Assembly (NCBI GenBank): GCA_043228905.1
Contig: JBHGNT010000010.1
Coordinates: 2,852,001-2,916,000, forward strand
DNA length: 64,000 nucleotides
From: Azolla caroliniana
Taxonomy: Eukaryota; Plantae; Polypodiophyta
Direction of reading: 5' to 3'
This document shows positions 1-13,640 of this stretch, in pieces. The first letter of the stretch is position 1, and each line of letters starts with the position of its first letter. The translations under genes were made by a program, and so were the position numbers. The notes under the pieces were generated by a model. The model was not told where the DNA came from, searched no databases, and saw only the letters and a list, made by a program, of their open reading frames with translations.

Positions 1-534
1 ACCTACAATCAATATATTATAGGTTATAAACCAAATAATGATTCACCCATTCAAATGAGTTTCAGATCCAAAAAGATTTGCATGCTCCAAGATGGGGATG
101 TGTTGTGCAAAATATTGTGTCATACTCAAACGGTAAACCTTGGTTCTCAAATATTTCCTTGTTGATATCAATCTTTTATGAAAATGTAACCTTACTAGAC
201 AAAGAATGAACTTGATCTTGATCATGATCATGATCATGTCGTCGCCTGAGTTTTTCTCGCAGCAAATTTGCTTATTTCTCAAACGAGATGAATTAAGCTT
301 ATTATTAATATGCTAACAAATTTCCCAATGAAAATGACGGACAAAATGTGCATTGATTATAATTAAGGAATCAAAATTAATGGCGATCTTAATATTATAT
401 GTTGTATAGTTCATATTCATAGGGTGCCTCCTAAACGCATCAATATACTAATCGGTAGCATACATGTGTGATTTGAACTATTAGCATAAAAGATTTGGAA
501 AAGAATTTATTAAACTATGACCTCTTGAAGGGGC

Positions 535-3500
535 TTATGGCTCTCCAGAATGTCTATGCATCAAGGCTTTCTTCCTTTCCAAGGATTTCTTTGACAAATA
601 ACCTTTCACCCAAGGGGTCACATCTTCATTTAATTTGATACAAATGAAGAAAATGATACGGTAGATGAACACCATTGCTAGAATCACAGACAGATCCCAC
701 CACTTTGATCTATTTATATCTATTTCGAAAACTTGTGTTAGTACCGAATCCCCTTCTAGGTTCGGAACTCCATTTTGATCCTCAAAGACAAGACCATGAA
801 GATCATTTTGGGATTGACCCTATTTAGCAACAAAGAAAAAGAGAGAACACTATTACCAAAATATTTCACAACCAATTCATTCGATTAAAATGAGAAATAC
901 CTGGATGGCCCAATAATCAAAGGCAATGTATGTAATTGGATACTTCCATACTGGTTTTGGGATATCATTTGGCAATCGAAAATATCCAGCAACTAACATG
1001 AACATCCCCTAGTACCAACAAATAATTTATCAAACAAAAATCTTGAACTAGGAGCTTATAAAATATATTGTTTACGAAGGCGAATACCTGAATTCCAGCT
1101 CCGATGATGATACCCATGAGGAAGTTCGGGACAACACTTGCAATGGCCATCATGAGGCCTTCAACAACCGAAAGACTCAAGAAAAGTGACAACATGAAGT
1201 ATAGAAAGTGAACGAATCCAGGGTGTAATCCAACCATGAAGTAACTAATGGAAGATGATATAATTGCTATGACAAGAAGGAATGGTGTAGAAGAAAGGGT
1301 GTGCCCCATGACAAAGCTAATTACTTCGTAATGCCCATTTAGTCTTTCCTTGTGGAAAACCTATGTTACCGAAAAGGTCAGAAAACAATTAACATCCATA
1401 CTATTTAATATGACGAGTATTATGAATTATTATCTTATCCATCTAGTAAAAAACATACATATTTATTAGAGTGGATGTCAATTATTCAAGGAAAACTCTC
1501 GACATATTGTCGATATCATGTATTAAGAATGTGAACTCAATGTGATTATATTATAATGTGTCATGTTTCTCTTCAGAGTGATGAAAAGGTTTTAAGACAC
1601 CAAGATGATTATTTACTCCTCAAGCTTAAGTAAATACAAAATTTAATAAACATAATGTAGGTAAGGGTAGAAAAGGATAATATTCACCCTCATGTCTTCA
1701 ACAAATGATGGAAACCCGCCTATGGACATGAAAGTCACAAAACCAAACATGAAAGCCCCACACGATCCTCTTGCCTAAAGTCATACAAATCTTATAAAGA
1801 TGTATTATACACCTCAAATCTAGGCAAAAGTATTTACCTAACAAATTATTATCAAATGGAAGTTTGGATCCACACTTACATAGAGTGCATGGTAGCTTGT
1901 GCCCACATTGTAGTAGATTGTACCCACACAAACACTGACAATGATGTAAATAACAAGGCGTAGCCAGTAATATCCCATATCCCTTGTCATGTTGGTAAAG
2001 GATCTTCGAGTTAATGTCATTGATTGCTTGACGAAACTTGCTTTGCTACCACATGACTCCAATTGTGTTCCTTTCTAAGCACAATTATCAAACATAATTT
2101 GCATCATCTCTTGTTTCTTAATACACAATATTGCAATTTATTATCTGTTTTGGATATCAACTTCAAAACAATAACGAGGGTTTCAAGTTCTTATATGAGC
2201 CACAAAAGTTTGATTGGAGTTAATCAAATGATAGTGATATCTAATCAAATGCCATAACATTGTCTTTGATGTTTTGTCTCTACATTGGCATAGATTTAAC
2301 TTTGACATCTTATCACTAGGAAGGCAATGAGGATCCCAATGCATTACAAATTTGTGTGAATCCCTCCAAGATCTTACAATATATTGAATCTTATTTCCAT
2401 AGTAAATATTTCAAAGAAAAAACACAAGGGAGAAACCTAATGAACATGTAATTAAATATTATATTTAATTATCATACTTAAAAGTGGCACCCTCACTCAC
2501 CCGTTCCAAAAGTATTTTAAGTTTTGAGGTAGCAGTGGAGGCATATGTAGAATCCTTGTAAGACTCAATAAGAATCTCAATTATCTCAGTTGTGTTGCGA
2601 TTCTCTTGAGGCTCTGACTCCGTCTAAAAGAAATAACATTAAAATATTATTTTTACATTACTTAACTCAAATCTAAGAACATAATGTATAGTTGAAGTCT
2701 TGACTCCTTGCCAATGTTATAAGGGATGATGTTTCAACCTTATTTTGATCATTTGTAAGTATAAGTGTGTACTAATTATACATTGATCGAAACTAATCTA
2801 ATAATAAAACATGATGTAAATTTGGAACCCTTACCAATGCTTTACGTGATGATCTTTTAAGAGTCTCTTTCACTCTATCAAATTCCGCATTGATGCACCG
2901 TAGAAAATGATCTGATGGATTGCGTAGAGGAGGGCAAGGAAATCCACATTTTGCAAAAAACTATTCAACAAATAGCAACAATCAGTTGAAGAGAGGCTAA
3001 CATCACAAATGTTGAGTTTGTCAATATTGAAAATTGTAAAACCTTATGAGCTTAAATATGTTTCATGGATGTGCTAGTCATTTATACAAAGTAGACGTAA
3101 TTAAGAACATATGATGGGTAAATAAAGATGTCAATTAATCAATGGCTCTTGACATAAACAAATTAATATTTAAGAACATAGGTTTTCCTTACATTGCATG
3201 CCTCGGACACTTTGCCAAAATAAATAGTTTTGCCACCCGCGAGGAGATAGAGGGTGTCAAAGAGTTGGAACACATCGCTACTAGGTTGATGGATGGAAGC
3301 AATAATGGTTCGTCCACCCATTGCGAGGTTGCTTAGTGTTCGGGTTACAAAGAATGAAGATGCACTACGGAAAATGACAAAGCATTCCCAAAAGAAATAA
3401 ATTTACAATAGGATAGTTATTAGCCTATGCATTAGTTTTTAAACAAGCAAGTTATAATTATTTGAGAAATATAATTAAGTCCATGCACCACCTCTTCATG

Positions 3501-6500
3501 AAAACATAGATAGGAAGAGAGGGGAATTAGTTGTCCAAACATTGCAAAAGCTTTAAATTTTTGTTTGTTGTAAAACAATAGTTTGTCACTAGAGAGAAAA
3601 TGTTGATATGGTGCTAGTCAATGCAACATCATTATTCAATTAAAGAGTTACACTTCCATCAAATGCAGGAACATAAGAACTTGCATCAAACTAGAACATT
3701 GGAAAATCAACAATAATGTAAGATTATGTTTTTGAGAAAATAACCCACATACCTGTCTAGACCACTAGTGGGTTCATCAAGAAAGAGTAGGCATGGGTGC
3801 AAGAGGATCTCAATAGCAATGCTAAGGCGTCGCTTCTCACCATTGCTAATGCCTCGTATGTGCCAATTTCCCACATGTGTGTTAGCACAATCTTGTAAAC
3901 CCATCTCTAGAATGACGGCATCCACCAAGGCTTGCTTGTTTGCATATGACACATCACTTGCCAACCTTGCCTCTACTGAGTACCAAACACTCTCTCGAAC
4001 TGTTAGTGTCCCTAAAAGATGATCATCTTGTGTTACATATGCCTGCACTACCCCCAAACATAAGATTACAATTTGAATACAACTCAACTTTACCTACTTC
4101 TTTACTTCCTAGGCATGATTTCATTGGAGTTACTAATAGTAAACATCAAACAACCCCACAACTTCAAGATCCCATGTTTTAATGTAGTGATGCATGTAGA
4201 TGTGAACACCCTCTACATGAATATGAGAACATCTTATATAATTTTAAATAAACATATTTTTTGTTTTGTAACAAAGTAAATATATCACTTTATGTGACTC
4301 AAAATATTTTAGATTCATCACTTCGAGAAAAATGTGTAGTATTATTATCTTTACTTATGACACATACTACCTTTGATTTCCCATATCTTTTAAAAAATTA
4401 GAAACAATGCCCCAAACTATATGAAGATTGTCCAAAATCAAAATATGGAGGAAGAAACATGGAAAAGGGATTGGTTGACCAGTGGAGAATAATGCACGAT
4501 CCCTTTTTGTCATATGCGTAGGAGACTCAATATGATCTATGGGATGGGGCCAACCCTTACAGAGGAAATTGATGCTATGGTGTAGACCACCAATGCAAGA
4601 AGTTAGTGAGAGAGAGAGAGAGAGAGGAATGTATTCTAAGACCAAATTTTAACGTCCTTGGATGGCTAGAAACAAATGAGCCATGGAACATAAAAACAAC
4701 ATGAGGTATGTCGGGACTTCCTTAGCACAAAGAGCCACCCTTTAGAAAAGTACAAGAAGTGAGGGATAATAATGATGATATTTTAACGTCCTTGGATGGC
4801 TAGACACGTGAGCTAGGGAACCTAAAAAGAAACTTATGAGAGAGTCTTCATCTACTAGCATTGAGGGTGTAGCCACATGTGTCTCATGTATTTGTCCTAA
4901 GGTTATTTCTATGCTAAGTAATTCAGAGTACATTTATGTGCCTAAGAGTAACAGTCGGCAATGGCTCGATTTGAACGAAACCATACCGCGAAATCATAAC
5001 TAAACGGTTAAAATAGTTTGGTTTGGTTTGGTTCAAGTTCAAGTTTTTTTAAACAGTTTGGTTCAGTTTCGTTCGGTTTCAACAATTAGAAACCGCAGTT
5101 TAAATGGTTTATTATTATTATTTATTTAAATTTTTATTTTTAAAACAAACTTTTCATTTTCAAGCCTTATTCTCACATTGTAGGAAAATCTTTAAAATTT
5201 TGAAATTTTGAAATTTTAAAAAAATGAAAATTTTAAATTTGAATTTTAACCTAAGTTGAAAACCGACACCGAACCACAAGACTGCGGTTTTAATGGTTTA
5301 ATGGTCTAAGGGTTTGAACTTTGTGAAATGGTTCGGTTTAATGGTTTCTTGGTTTGGTTTGGTTTCAAAAAATTTAAATGATTCGGTTTTAAACCGGTTC
5401 AGTTTTGACACCCTCAAACCGAACTGAACCGAACCGTTGCCAATTGTTATCTAAGAGTAAGCATTTGTGCATTGTTTTTTTTCCCAAAAAAGGAGCTACT
5501 TTCCCATTCTTTGGGAGAGATTTTTACAAAAAGCCTATACAGGATCTATAGACTTGCCAAATATAAAGTGGCTCATGCTCCCACTTACCCAAATTAACAA
5601 AGCAATTGTTTTCAATAGGTTGAATGGATGTGATTTGGTAACATGTAATATTCATGAATGCATGCTTCAAGATCCTAATAAGGAATCTTGTGCTATGAAC
5701 ACATTAAGGGTTGGTAACTTTGATATGTGAGAGATGATACCCATGTGCTCGCTTGGTGGAGTGTGGTTCTTGATATTTGTTAGCAACATCATAAGGAAGG
5801 TTTGGGTGTGCTCATTGAAGAGAAAGGATGATATCTTCAATGACACTTGCTTGTACATCAGGGATCTTCCTCATCTCATATGTGGATGGCATGTTGATAG
5901 CAAGGAAGTTTATGAAGGACATCTAGTATTTCATGGAGAGATGAGGCAGAATTTTGACTTATAGATGGATGTTGATCACCTAAGAGAGAATGAAATGGAA
6001 AATTCGCCTATCCTAAGGTGATTATGTCACCAAATTACTAGAGCAACTCGTATGGATTCAACCAATCAACTTAATGTGCCAATGTCAACCTATATGAGTT
6101 TGGGAAAGAAAGACTTTCCAACTCATACTCGTGGTCAAGCCATGCCCAAGTTGGAGTTGCGTTTCATACATCACTTGAATGTAGAGGGCTACACCAGGTG
6201 GATGTAGATGGTACCTACACTTGAGATGTGTAGAGGTAATGTTACCTACACTTTATGATGTGTAGAGGTATGTGAACTTTTGGTCTCGGATTGTTATAAA
6301 TAGGATGTATTGAAGAAAAGGCTAGTATTTTAGACTAGTGTGAACCATCCAACCACAAACTACGAGAGTGGGTTGTGTGAGGGTTTTTGGTGAGTTGTTT
6401 GCATTCTTGAGAATCAATGCGCAAAAGATCCAATTGTCAACATAATGAATGCCACTCTCTTAGGATACCACCATCTCCTTGAGCAAAACTTTTGTATTGA

Positions 6501-9077
6501 GGTACAGATCACAATCCAACCCTTTGTAGGCACCACTTCAACATTTGTTGCTAAGGGCCAATTTATAGAGCATTGTTTCCTCGAAGTCCACTGTAGTGTT
6601 GCTAGATTCCATCTCTTAAAACATTTATATTTTGGATTGAACCGAAATACAAGTGAGACTATGACATCATTTTGAGAAACATCAATGAGTATGCCATGAT
6701 TGCCATGACCACACGATGGAGTCCTAGTTACAACTTTTGTATAATTTGCATGTCATTACTTCCTTAAAAAGAAAGAGCCAATAACAACATAATGAAGATT
6801 GTTGTGTCAATTGTTTAGATTCCAATTATTTAGATATAGTGTGTAAAAACTATATCTAGTGTAACAATATGTTTGAGCTCATAAGTAATGATACACATGA
6901 GCTTGTCTTGATACCATAATAGCTTGCTACTAGCATAAGTCTATTAGAAAAAAAACAGAGAGGAGAGAGGCCCTCTCAATCTCCATTATATGAAATGGTG
7001 TAATTGAATGTAAGTATGGGTGTGTGTAAGTTTTACAAACAAATACACTTAAATTTGTTTATGACAACAATGTGTCAATGTTTTGGAATATCCATACAAA
7101 TGGGTACAATAAGATTGTATTATATCTTCCATGTTCTATCGTGTAATAATGCATAATTAAGGTTGTTGAAGTAGTAATGCATTGGAATTGTGGTATCTTG
7201 TGATTGTATTGTTCATTGCAAAACAATAACTTTGTGCTACGTTTTAATTATGGATGGTGTTGATTTTTTTACAATTATATGTAGAAAAATTATAATATTT
7301 AGTATTTACAATCTAGATTTTATAAATTTACTTTTTTGCATTAGTAGTGAAGGAATATTATTCATAAGACTTAAGAGTCAATTACAATATTTTACCCTAC
7401 AATAGAATTTGTAAAGAATTTAAGATATTAATAATAATTGAGACATTGCAACCATAAGGATTACAAGCTAAGAATCTTACTGCTTTGCCATAAGAGAGCC
7501 TCTTTTTGTGCCCATTTAGTCGCACCAAGCCAGTTTGCACAGTATTTGTCGGTAGTCGACCTATGATCATAAAACAATATTTTGTGAAATCATTATTGCG
7601 GATTGATTTGAGTGGTTATTTTGTTTTTGCCACATGAGGGATAGAAATATATGTTTATTTGCCACATTACTTTTCATGTGTTCGAGAACTCCTAAGAGGG
7701 GCAAGCTTACATAAGTACAAAAAAATTGCGTGAGACTTGTTCCATTATTTGTACGAATATGTGCAAATGATAACACTATTATTGTTTGCATTGTGGCAAG
7801 AGGAAGTGTGAAAATTGGACAATATATATTGGTGTATGCATGTAGATACGTATTTCATTCCAAGGTTTATATAGATACATGACTTATAATTTTCCTTTAA
7901 ACATGGCCATTGATGTTTTTTTACCTCTACGCCTCAAAAGAAGACCAAGTAAGACATGAAATGGATACTTAGGGAGATAAGGACCAAATAATACGTGATA
8001 TGGATACCATCATAAATCAATTGACCACTAAGGCCTAGGGATGTGTATATGTATGTAAGAGTGTATATTTTACTCTCATATATACAAGAGTTCAATCGGA
8101 GGCATTTTAAACCATTTTTTACAAGTGATTTGTGTAGGCGAGGCTAGTTAAAGGGGTTAATCACATGTTGTACGAGAAAATTCCCATTTTCTTCATGGAA
8201 AAAACCCGAATAAGGGATAATGAATGCACAATATATATAAGCTTGTACCTAAAGGCTAGATCATCAATTTCCACGAATACCTAATGGATGTCATGTGGGT
8301 AAGGTGGCTAAAAGAATTGATGGTAAGGATAACGTCATATGTCTAATGACAGTGATGATATATAATAGATACCTCAAATTAGCCTTAATGATAATCATTA
8401 ACAATGATTGTTGACTATATTGAGGTGCATCCCCAATGCTCGATCATGAATTACATGGCTAGGGCCTAAGGGTTCTCATGTGTCGATGGGAACAAACGAG
8501 ATCAAAGAAAATGCCAAATATCTATTGAATTAGATGATAAAATATGTCTACTTGAAACAAGTTGTACTGCTAATAAATAAGAATGAAATTGTAAAATGAA
8601 TTTATAAACTCTAAAATAACCCTTGAATTTTTGTTATGGCCTAAAGTATACCCTTGTTAAGCTCTAGATATAGGAAAAATGGGGATTAAGAACTCCATAT
8701 ACTATGGTCTTTTGGCAAAATAAAGAAGAACTTTGGAGTTCCAAGGTATTCCAACGGTAAAAAGAATAATGTACATAGCTACATAATATACCTGAGAGGG
8801 CATCAAGCATAGTGGTCTTGCCAGATCCAGAAGGACCCATGATGGCCATAAGTTGTCCGGGCTCAACATAGCCACTCAATCCTTGGACCACACTTTTGCT
8901 CTCTCCTTTCCAACTCACAACTTCAACTGAAACATCCTTCCATGCCAAAATTGCACCACCACTCCCTTCATTGTGACTTTTACTTATACTACTGGTGCTT
9001 GACCACAAGCTGAAGGTACTATGGTTTGATTCTCTCTTACCACCCACCTTAGGAATTAATTCAGGACCTTGATCCAT
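535..9077 (-). CDS. Half-size ABCG (WBC) transporter, ABCG11-like, 11 exons, ~674 aa
   Basis: Exons (minus, 5'->3'): 9077-8792, 7560-7481, 4042-3753, 3364-3193, 2960-2835, 2623-2501, 2074-1880, 1774-1688, 1360-1088, 1008-901, 819-535. All introns are GT-AG with consistent phases, total 2025 nt. Motifs: Walker [17 protein letters not shown], signature ISNGEKRR, Walker [13 protein letters not shown]-loop [52 protein letters not shown]. Confidence 0.93.
4949..5449. mobile_element. Non-autonomous hAT-type MITE in ABCG intron 2
   Basis: Imperfect TIRs: TAACAGTCGGCAATGGCTCG vs reverse complement of the right end TAACAATTGGCAACGGTTCG. 8-bp TSD cctaagag (4941-4948) / tctaagag (5450-5457). Many subterminal AACCG/CGGTT motifs, AT-rich core, no ORF. 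Confidence 0.85.
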
Positions 9078-10502
9078 ATTCAACTTTGAAAACAAAAGCA
9101 AGCTATCAAAGTCTTAATAATATATGTTCTCCACCAACATTCTTTAACCAAATGTGATTCTCTCTACTTAGTAATCATGTATTATTTGTATATGGCTACT
9201 TTGTGTCTAATTATTCTGTTTTCAATCAATAGCATTAGTTTAGTAGTTGTTGCCCATCATCCTTAATCTAGCTAATTATACTTAATGATAACTAATTATA
9301 CTCTATCCAATCAAACAAGCCAAAACGGTTATACAGATCAGTTGATCTTGAAAGAAAGAGCATATTTGTGTTGGTACAAGGTCGACCTATGTAAAATGTG
9401 AGAATTATTAACCGACTCTCAAAGACCCTTAGTTTATTTAGCTCAACTTATTAGGAACCTTATTTTTTCCTATATAGTATGCATATATATAAACTATTAC
9501 CAAAGTTACTGTCCCTTAGTTAGTTTTGCTTTATATTAGCTATTTCTAAGGTGCCAAGTTGGTGAGGCTATCTTTATAGCCATATAGAGGCCCCCCTTGG
9601 CTTTGGATTTCTTAGACTATTGTATCAAAAAACTCCTCATTCTCATGCCATCGAAATGCATTTGCATGTCATCATCTAATGAATGTCGTTCAAATGCATT
9701 TACCTGTCTTTCGTGTAACCTCCACTATGTGCAATTGATGCATGACCTTGATGTGACACATAACCATGTAAAATTATTCATATATTTCATCCTCATGAAT
9801 TCTATTACCTTTTTCTAGACGAGATGAAAGAAATCATCTTTCATTTGTTCTGTTTAAAACGAATCAATTTGTCATTGGCATATACAGCTCACAAATTGGT
9901 ATATTGTGAAAAACGTAGAGATGTTATAAGTTGGAATTTAATACGCAATTCCATCCAACATTAAAGGAGGATAGGGCATGAAAGGTATTTTAGCATTCTT
10001 TTTTCTATTGATGAACTAAGTATATTTGTGAGTCGTGACATATGCTTATTGTTCTTCTCACAAAGTTAACCCAAAAACCAATTAATGATTAATGTGTAAT
10101 ACATAAAATAGGAAGTTGACACTTGTAAAGAACCTATCCATGAATATGAGTTGATTAATTGAGAATGCAATTGTGAAGGGAACATTGAAAATTTGCTCAA
10201 ACTTGTTTGAGATTGTGATTAAAGGTGTTTCCATATTGTTATTGTGCACTAGAAATGTTATGCATAGCCCTTTGTTTCATATCAATGGGAAACTATAGCA
10301 TCGTAATGCTTAACATAGTCTATGTATTGGTTAAACACCACCATAATCTTCTTGTGGGAATTATATAAAATACATTTGGTTTAAATTTAAGTTTTAACTT
10401 TATCACCACTAATTTCTCTTGTTCATGATTGCTCCGTAAGAGTGAGTCATTCATCGTGTCTTGTATGCCACCTAAGGGCTCATCCTCAATGGTAGAAGTA
10501 AG

Positions 10503-10790
10503 GGTGGGAACATGTGCATACTCAATATTAGGGAATCTGGTTCACTAGGACCAAGGAATTGTCCCTATTTTGCTAGTAGACACAACTTCCTAGGTATGAA
10601 TAGCCAACAATGGTGTGTGCGGAAGTGTTAGAATGGAGAAAGAGAAGTGATGGTGGGAACATGTGCATACTTCCGATAAGGGAATCGTGTTCACTAGGAC
10701 CAAGGAATTGTCCCTATGTTGCTAGTAAAGAGAACTTCCTAGGTATGAATAACCAACAAAGATGGTGTGGAAGTGTTAGAATGGAAGAGG
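10503..10790. repeat. Two-copy ~149-bp tandem duplication
   Basis: Unit ggtgggaacatgtgcatact...ttcactaggaccaaggaattgtcccta...aacttcctaggtatgaata...ggaagtgttagaatgga occurs at ~10503 and ~10652. Confidence 0.8.
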
Positions 10791-11624
10791 TAAGTACAAG
10801 GGAGAAAATGTAATATGCAATAGAAAATGATATTAAAGGAGTTAAGTAAGCATGTGTTGTAAGTGTTTGCGCAACTAATATGGGTTATATGGTGTTATGT
10901 CAAGGGTGGGTGATTGAAAGGTTGGTAGTAGGGGCCAGAAGGTGCTTTGTTTATTTTGATGATGCCCATGTATGGCTAGCCATAGATAGTCGTGCATCAA
11001 ATGGGTGTATAGCCATATGTATATATGCATATTTATGTCACATCCATTTGTCATCATATGTTGGCATTTGGATCATGGATGTTTTTCTTGCGATTTCTAA
11101 ATGTTAACAAAAGAAACTCTCCATGACATCAAGGGGCTAAATTTTCATATATTAAATAAGAGAGGTTGAAACCATTTCTCAAGAGTATGTTTGAATTGTG
11201 ACGTGTTTTGTGTATCATCAAGGAAAAGAATTCCTTTCTAAAGGGCTTCAAGAGGTTGGTTTATCTTCGCATCTTTCAATTCAAGAAAATGTTATGCTAG
11301 TTATGATATGTTTATTCATGTTTTCCTTAAGAATCCATATATTATAAATTTATAGGACACAAGTGTGTGTGTGTGTGTGTGTGAGGAATCATTTGTTGTA
11401 GCAATTACCTTGTTCAATTCGAAGTTGGTAAGAGCTAGTCCTAGCTAGATTAGGAAGAAACTAAAGGAACCCCTTTCAACAAAAGTGAAGCAAATGTTTG
11501 AGATTTACAACTCAAACCACAATGTAAATTGTTACCATTTACACAAATCAGAGTAAACATGAACAAAGTCAAATGAGAGTGTGAAATTTTATAAACAAAT
11601 GTAGATAAGAATGTGGAGCCACTC

Positions 11625-11975
11625 ACTAGGATTATATTAATGAAGAGCCAAACCGAGGACAAACCATGCATTATATACAATGATGACCCACTTGAAACTA
11701 TGGAAAACTTTAAATACTTTGGTCTTGAAGTTTCCTGAATCATAGATGGTATGAATACATTGCATGTCACTTGGAGGAGGGGAAAGAGATCATATCATGC
11801 ATTTGAGAACATATGCAATGTTAGAAAATTAAGTGTTGGTACTCAAGGAAAACCTTTCCAACACAATGGTGACACTAGAGCTTCTCTATGGGGGTGGGAG
11901 TGTGGGGCAATGGTTGTCTTAAGTTCAGTTTGGAAGAGTTTTTACAAAGTTTCTTCAAGTCAAGAATCAAACACC
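11625..11975 (+). mobile_element. Degenerate LINE (RTE-like) reverse transcriptase 3' fragment
   Basis: Broken frames read KPCIIYNDDPLETMENFKYFGLEV, GKRSYHAFENICN and LLYGVGVWG. These match the non-LTR RT FKYLG motif and the downstream LLYGxEVWG motif. Confidence 0.6.
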
Positions 11976-12959
11976 ATACACCCTCCTTGAAAGGGGATAT
12001 CCACCATCCTAACCTTTGCATACAACTTAGTTCACTTTTGCTTTGATGTAAATGAGACGTTGGGGAAGACATGATAAGTCTACGACAATGCACATTTTCC
12101 CCTAGACCACTTCAAGAGTCTCATTTTGATAAATGCATTGTCTTTTATCACAATAAACCATACTTTGTCTCCAACCTTGCATGAATTCCTCTCACAATCC
12201 CAATGTATTATGAATGTATATCAAAACTCCAAATTCACGATAGAGATTTGAATCTATAAATTCTTCAAAGAATATCTATGAGCTTAACCACAGTAACCTT
12301 ACCTAGATTGCCTAAAGTTTATATGTAATATTATGAAATGTCGCCAACACGCATAGGCTCATGCATAATCGCCAAATGGTACACTTGAATGAATACCAAA
12401 TAGCGATCGTTCTTGGTTGTGAAGTGGTGAGCATGCACGTGTCCAAATCATGTTATGTAAGCATGTGTTGTAGTATTGATGAACCATTTTGGTTCTTCTT
12501 GTATATCTTGTTCTTATAGTTAATATATTGTCATTTTCCTCTTATTTCTCTCATCTTGTTCTCTTTTATAATTCAATCTTGTTCTTGGCTATGACCTTGG
12601 CAAAATGTGCACTCTCAATTATGACATTGATTAGAAATGTTTTTGAACATCGAGAGTCACTACTTGCTTTCATATGGACTACATGAAAACGTTATATTTT
12701 TTATCTCAAATGTTATATTTTACCTTCGAACAAAATAATGAAACATACACATACTCTCTCTCTTGAGCATAAAAATTGAGAGAACCCAAATTTGATCTTC
12801 ACCATGGCCTATGCATTTCCAATAGACCACCATCATTCTTCCAGGGATGATATAAACCTCATTCTTTGTCCCTCAGGGATGCACATAGCTTCCTATTATA
12901 TCTTTTGTATTGCTTAATGATCTTTGGTAGAACTTGTATACTTGGTTGTACTTAAAAAA

Positions 12960-13640
12960 TAGTGATAAAATATTGATCCTTGAGTTGTAAGTGGATGATC
13001 TACTCTTTATGGGTGGCACTAAAGTTTATCTAGACGCAATCAAGGAAAGGTTTAGGTACAACTTCAAAATGATGGATTTGGGGATAACACACTTTTGATT
13101 GGACCTAGAGGTGTATAAAATGGACATAAAGATATTTGTAATTTATATAAAGTATGCGGAACTAATTGTCAAAGCATTTTGGGATGGGCGACTACAAAGC
13201 AACTCACATACCAATGGAGGCCAAGTTAAAGTTGTTGAACCCTAGAAGTGGAAGTTTGCTTATGGAAAACAAATGTTGGACTCATGGTCGAGAGTTTCCA
13301 TTCAACTCAAATTTGAACTTAGCCTATATGCGAATGAAGGCAAAGTTTACAGAATGTGGATCCTAAAAGGAGCCATTGGCAAGTTGGGAGGGTATATGGG
13401 AGGGTATGGCAGCAATATTGTCCAAGGGACAACACTCTTAAGAATATTGTGATTTTGATTGGGTTGGGAATTCAACATATATGATGTTAATTATATCCAC
13501 TCTTCAGTCGAGAATTTAATGTTCCATTGACCAACCAAGTGTATCAAGATTCAACCACTTCATATGAGAATTCACTTCAGATGAGAAGGTGAGAAAGTGG
13601 AGTATTGTCTGAAATAAGTCAATGGAGTGGATTTCTTCAT
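12960..13640 (+). mobile_element. Degenerate Ty1/copia RT-RNaseH remnant
   Basis: Fragments VDDLLFMG (~12991), FKMMDLG, FGMGDYKATHIPME and YCDFDWVG (~13445), with many stops and frameshifts. Confidence 0.7.

Noticed and set aside
12050-12200. Weak gypsy integrase-tail-like fragment (KVGDKVW, minus strand)
   Set aside because: Too short and degenerate to call as a feature.
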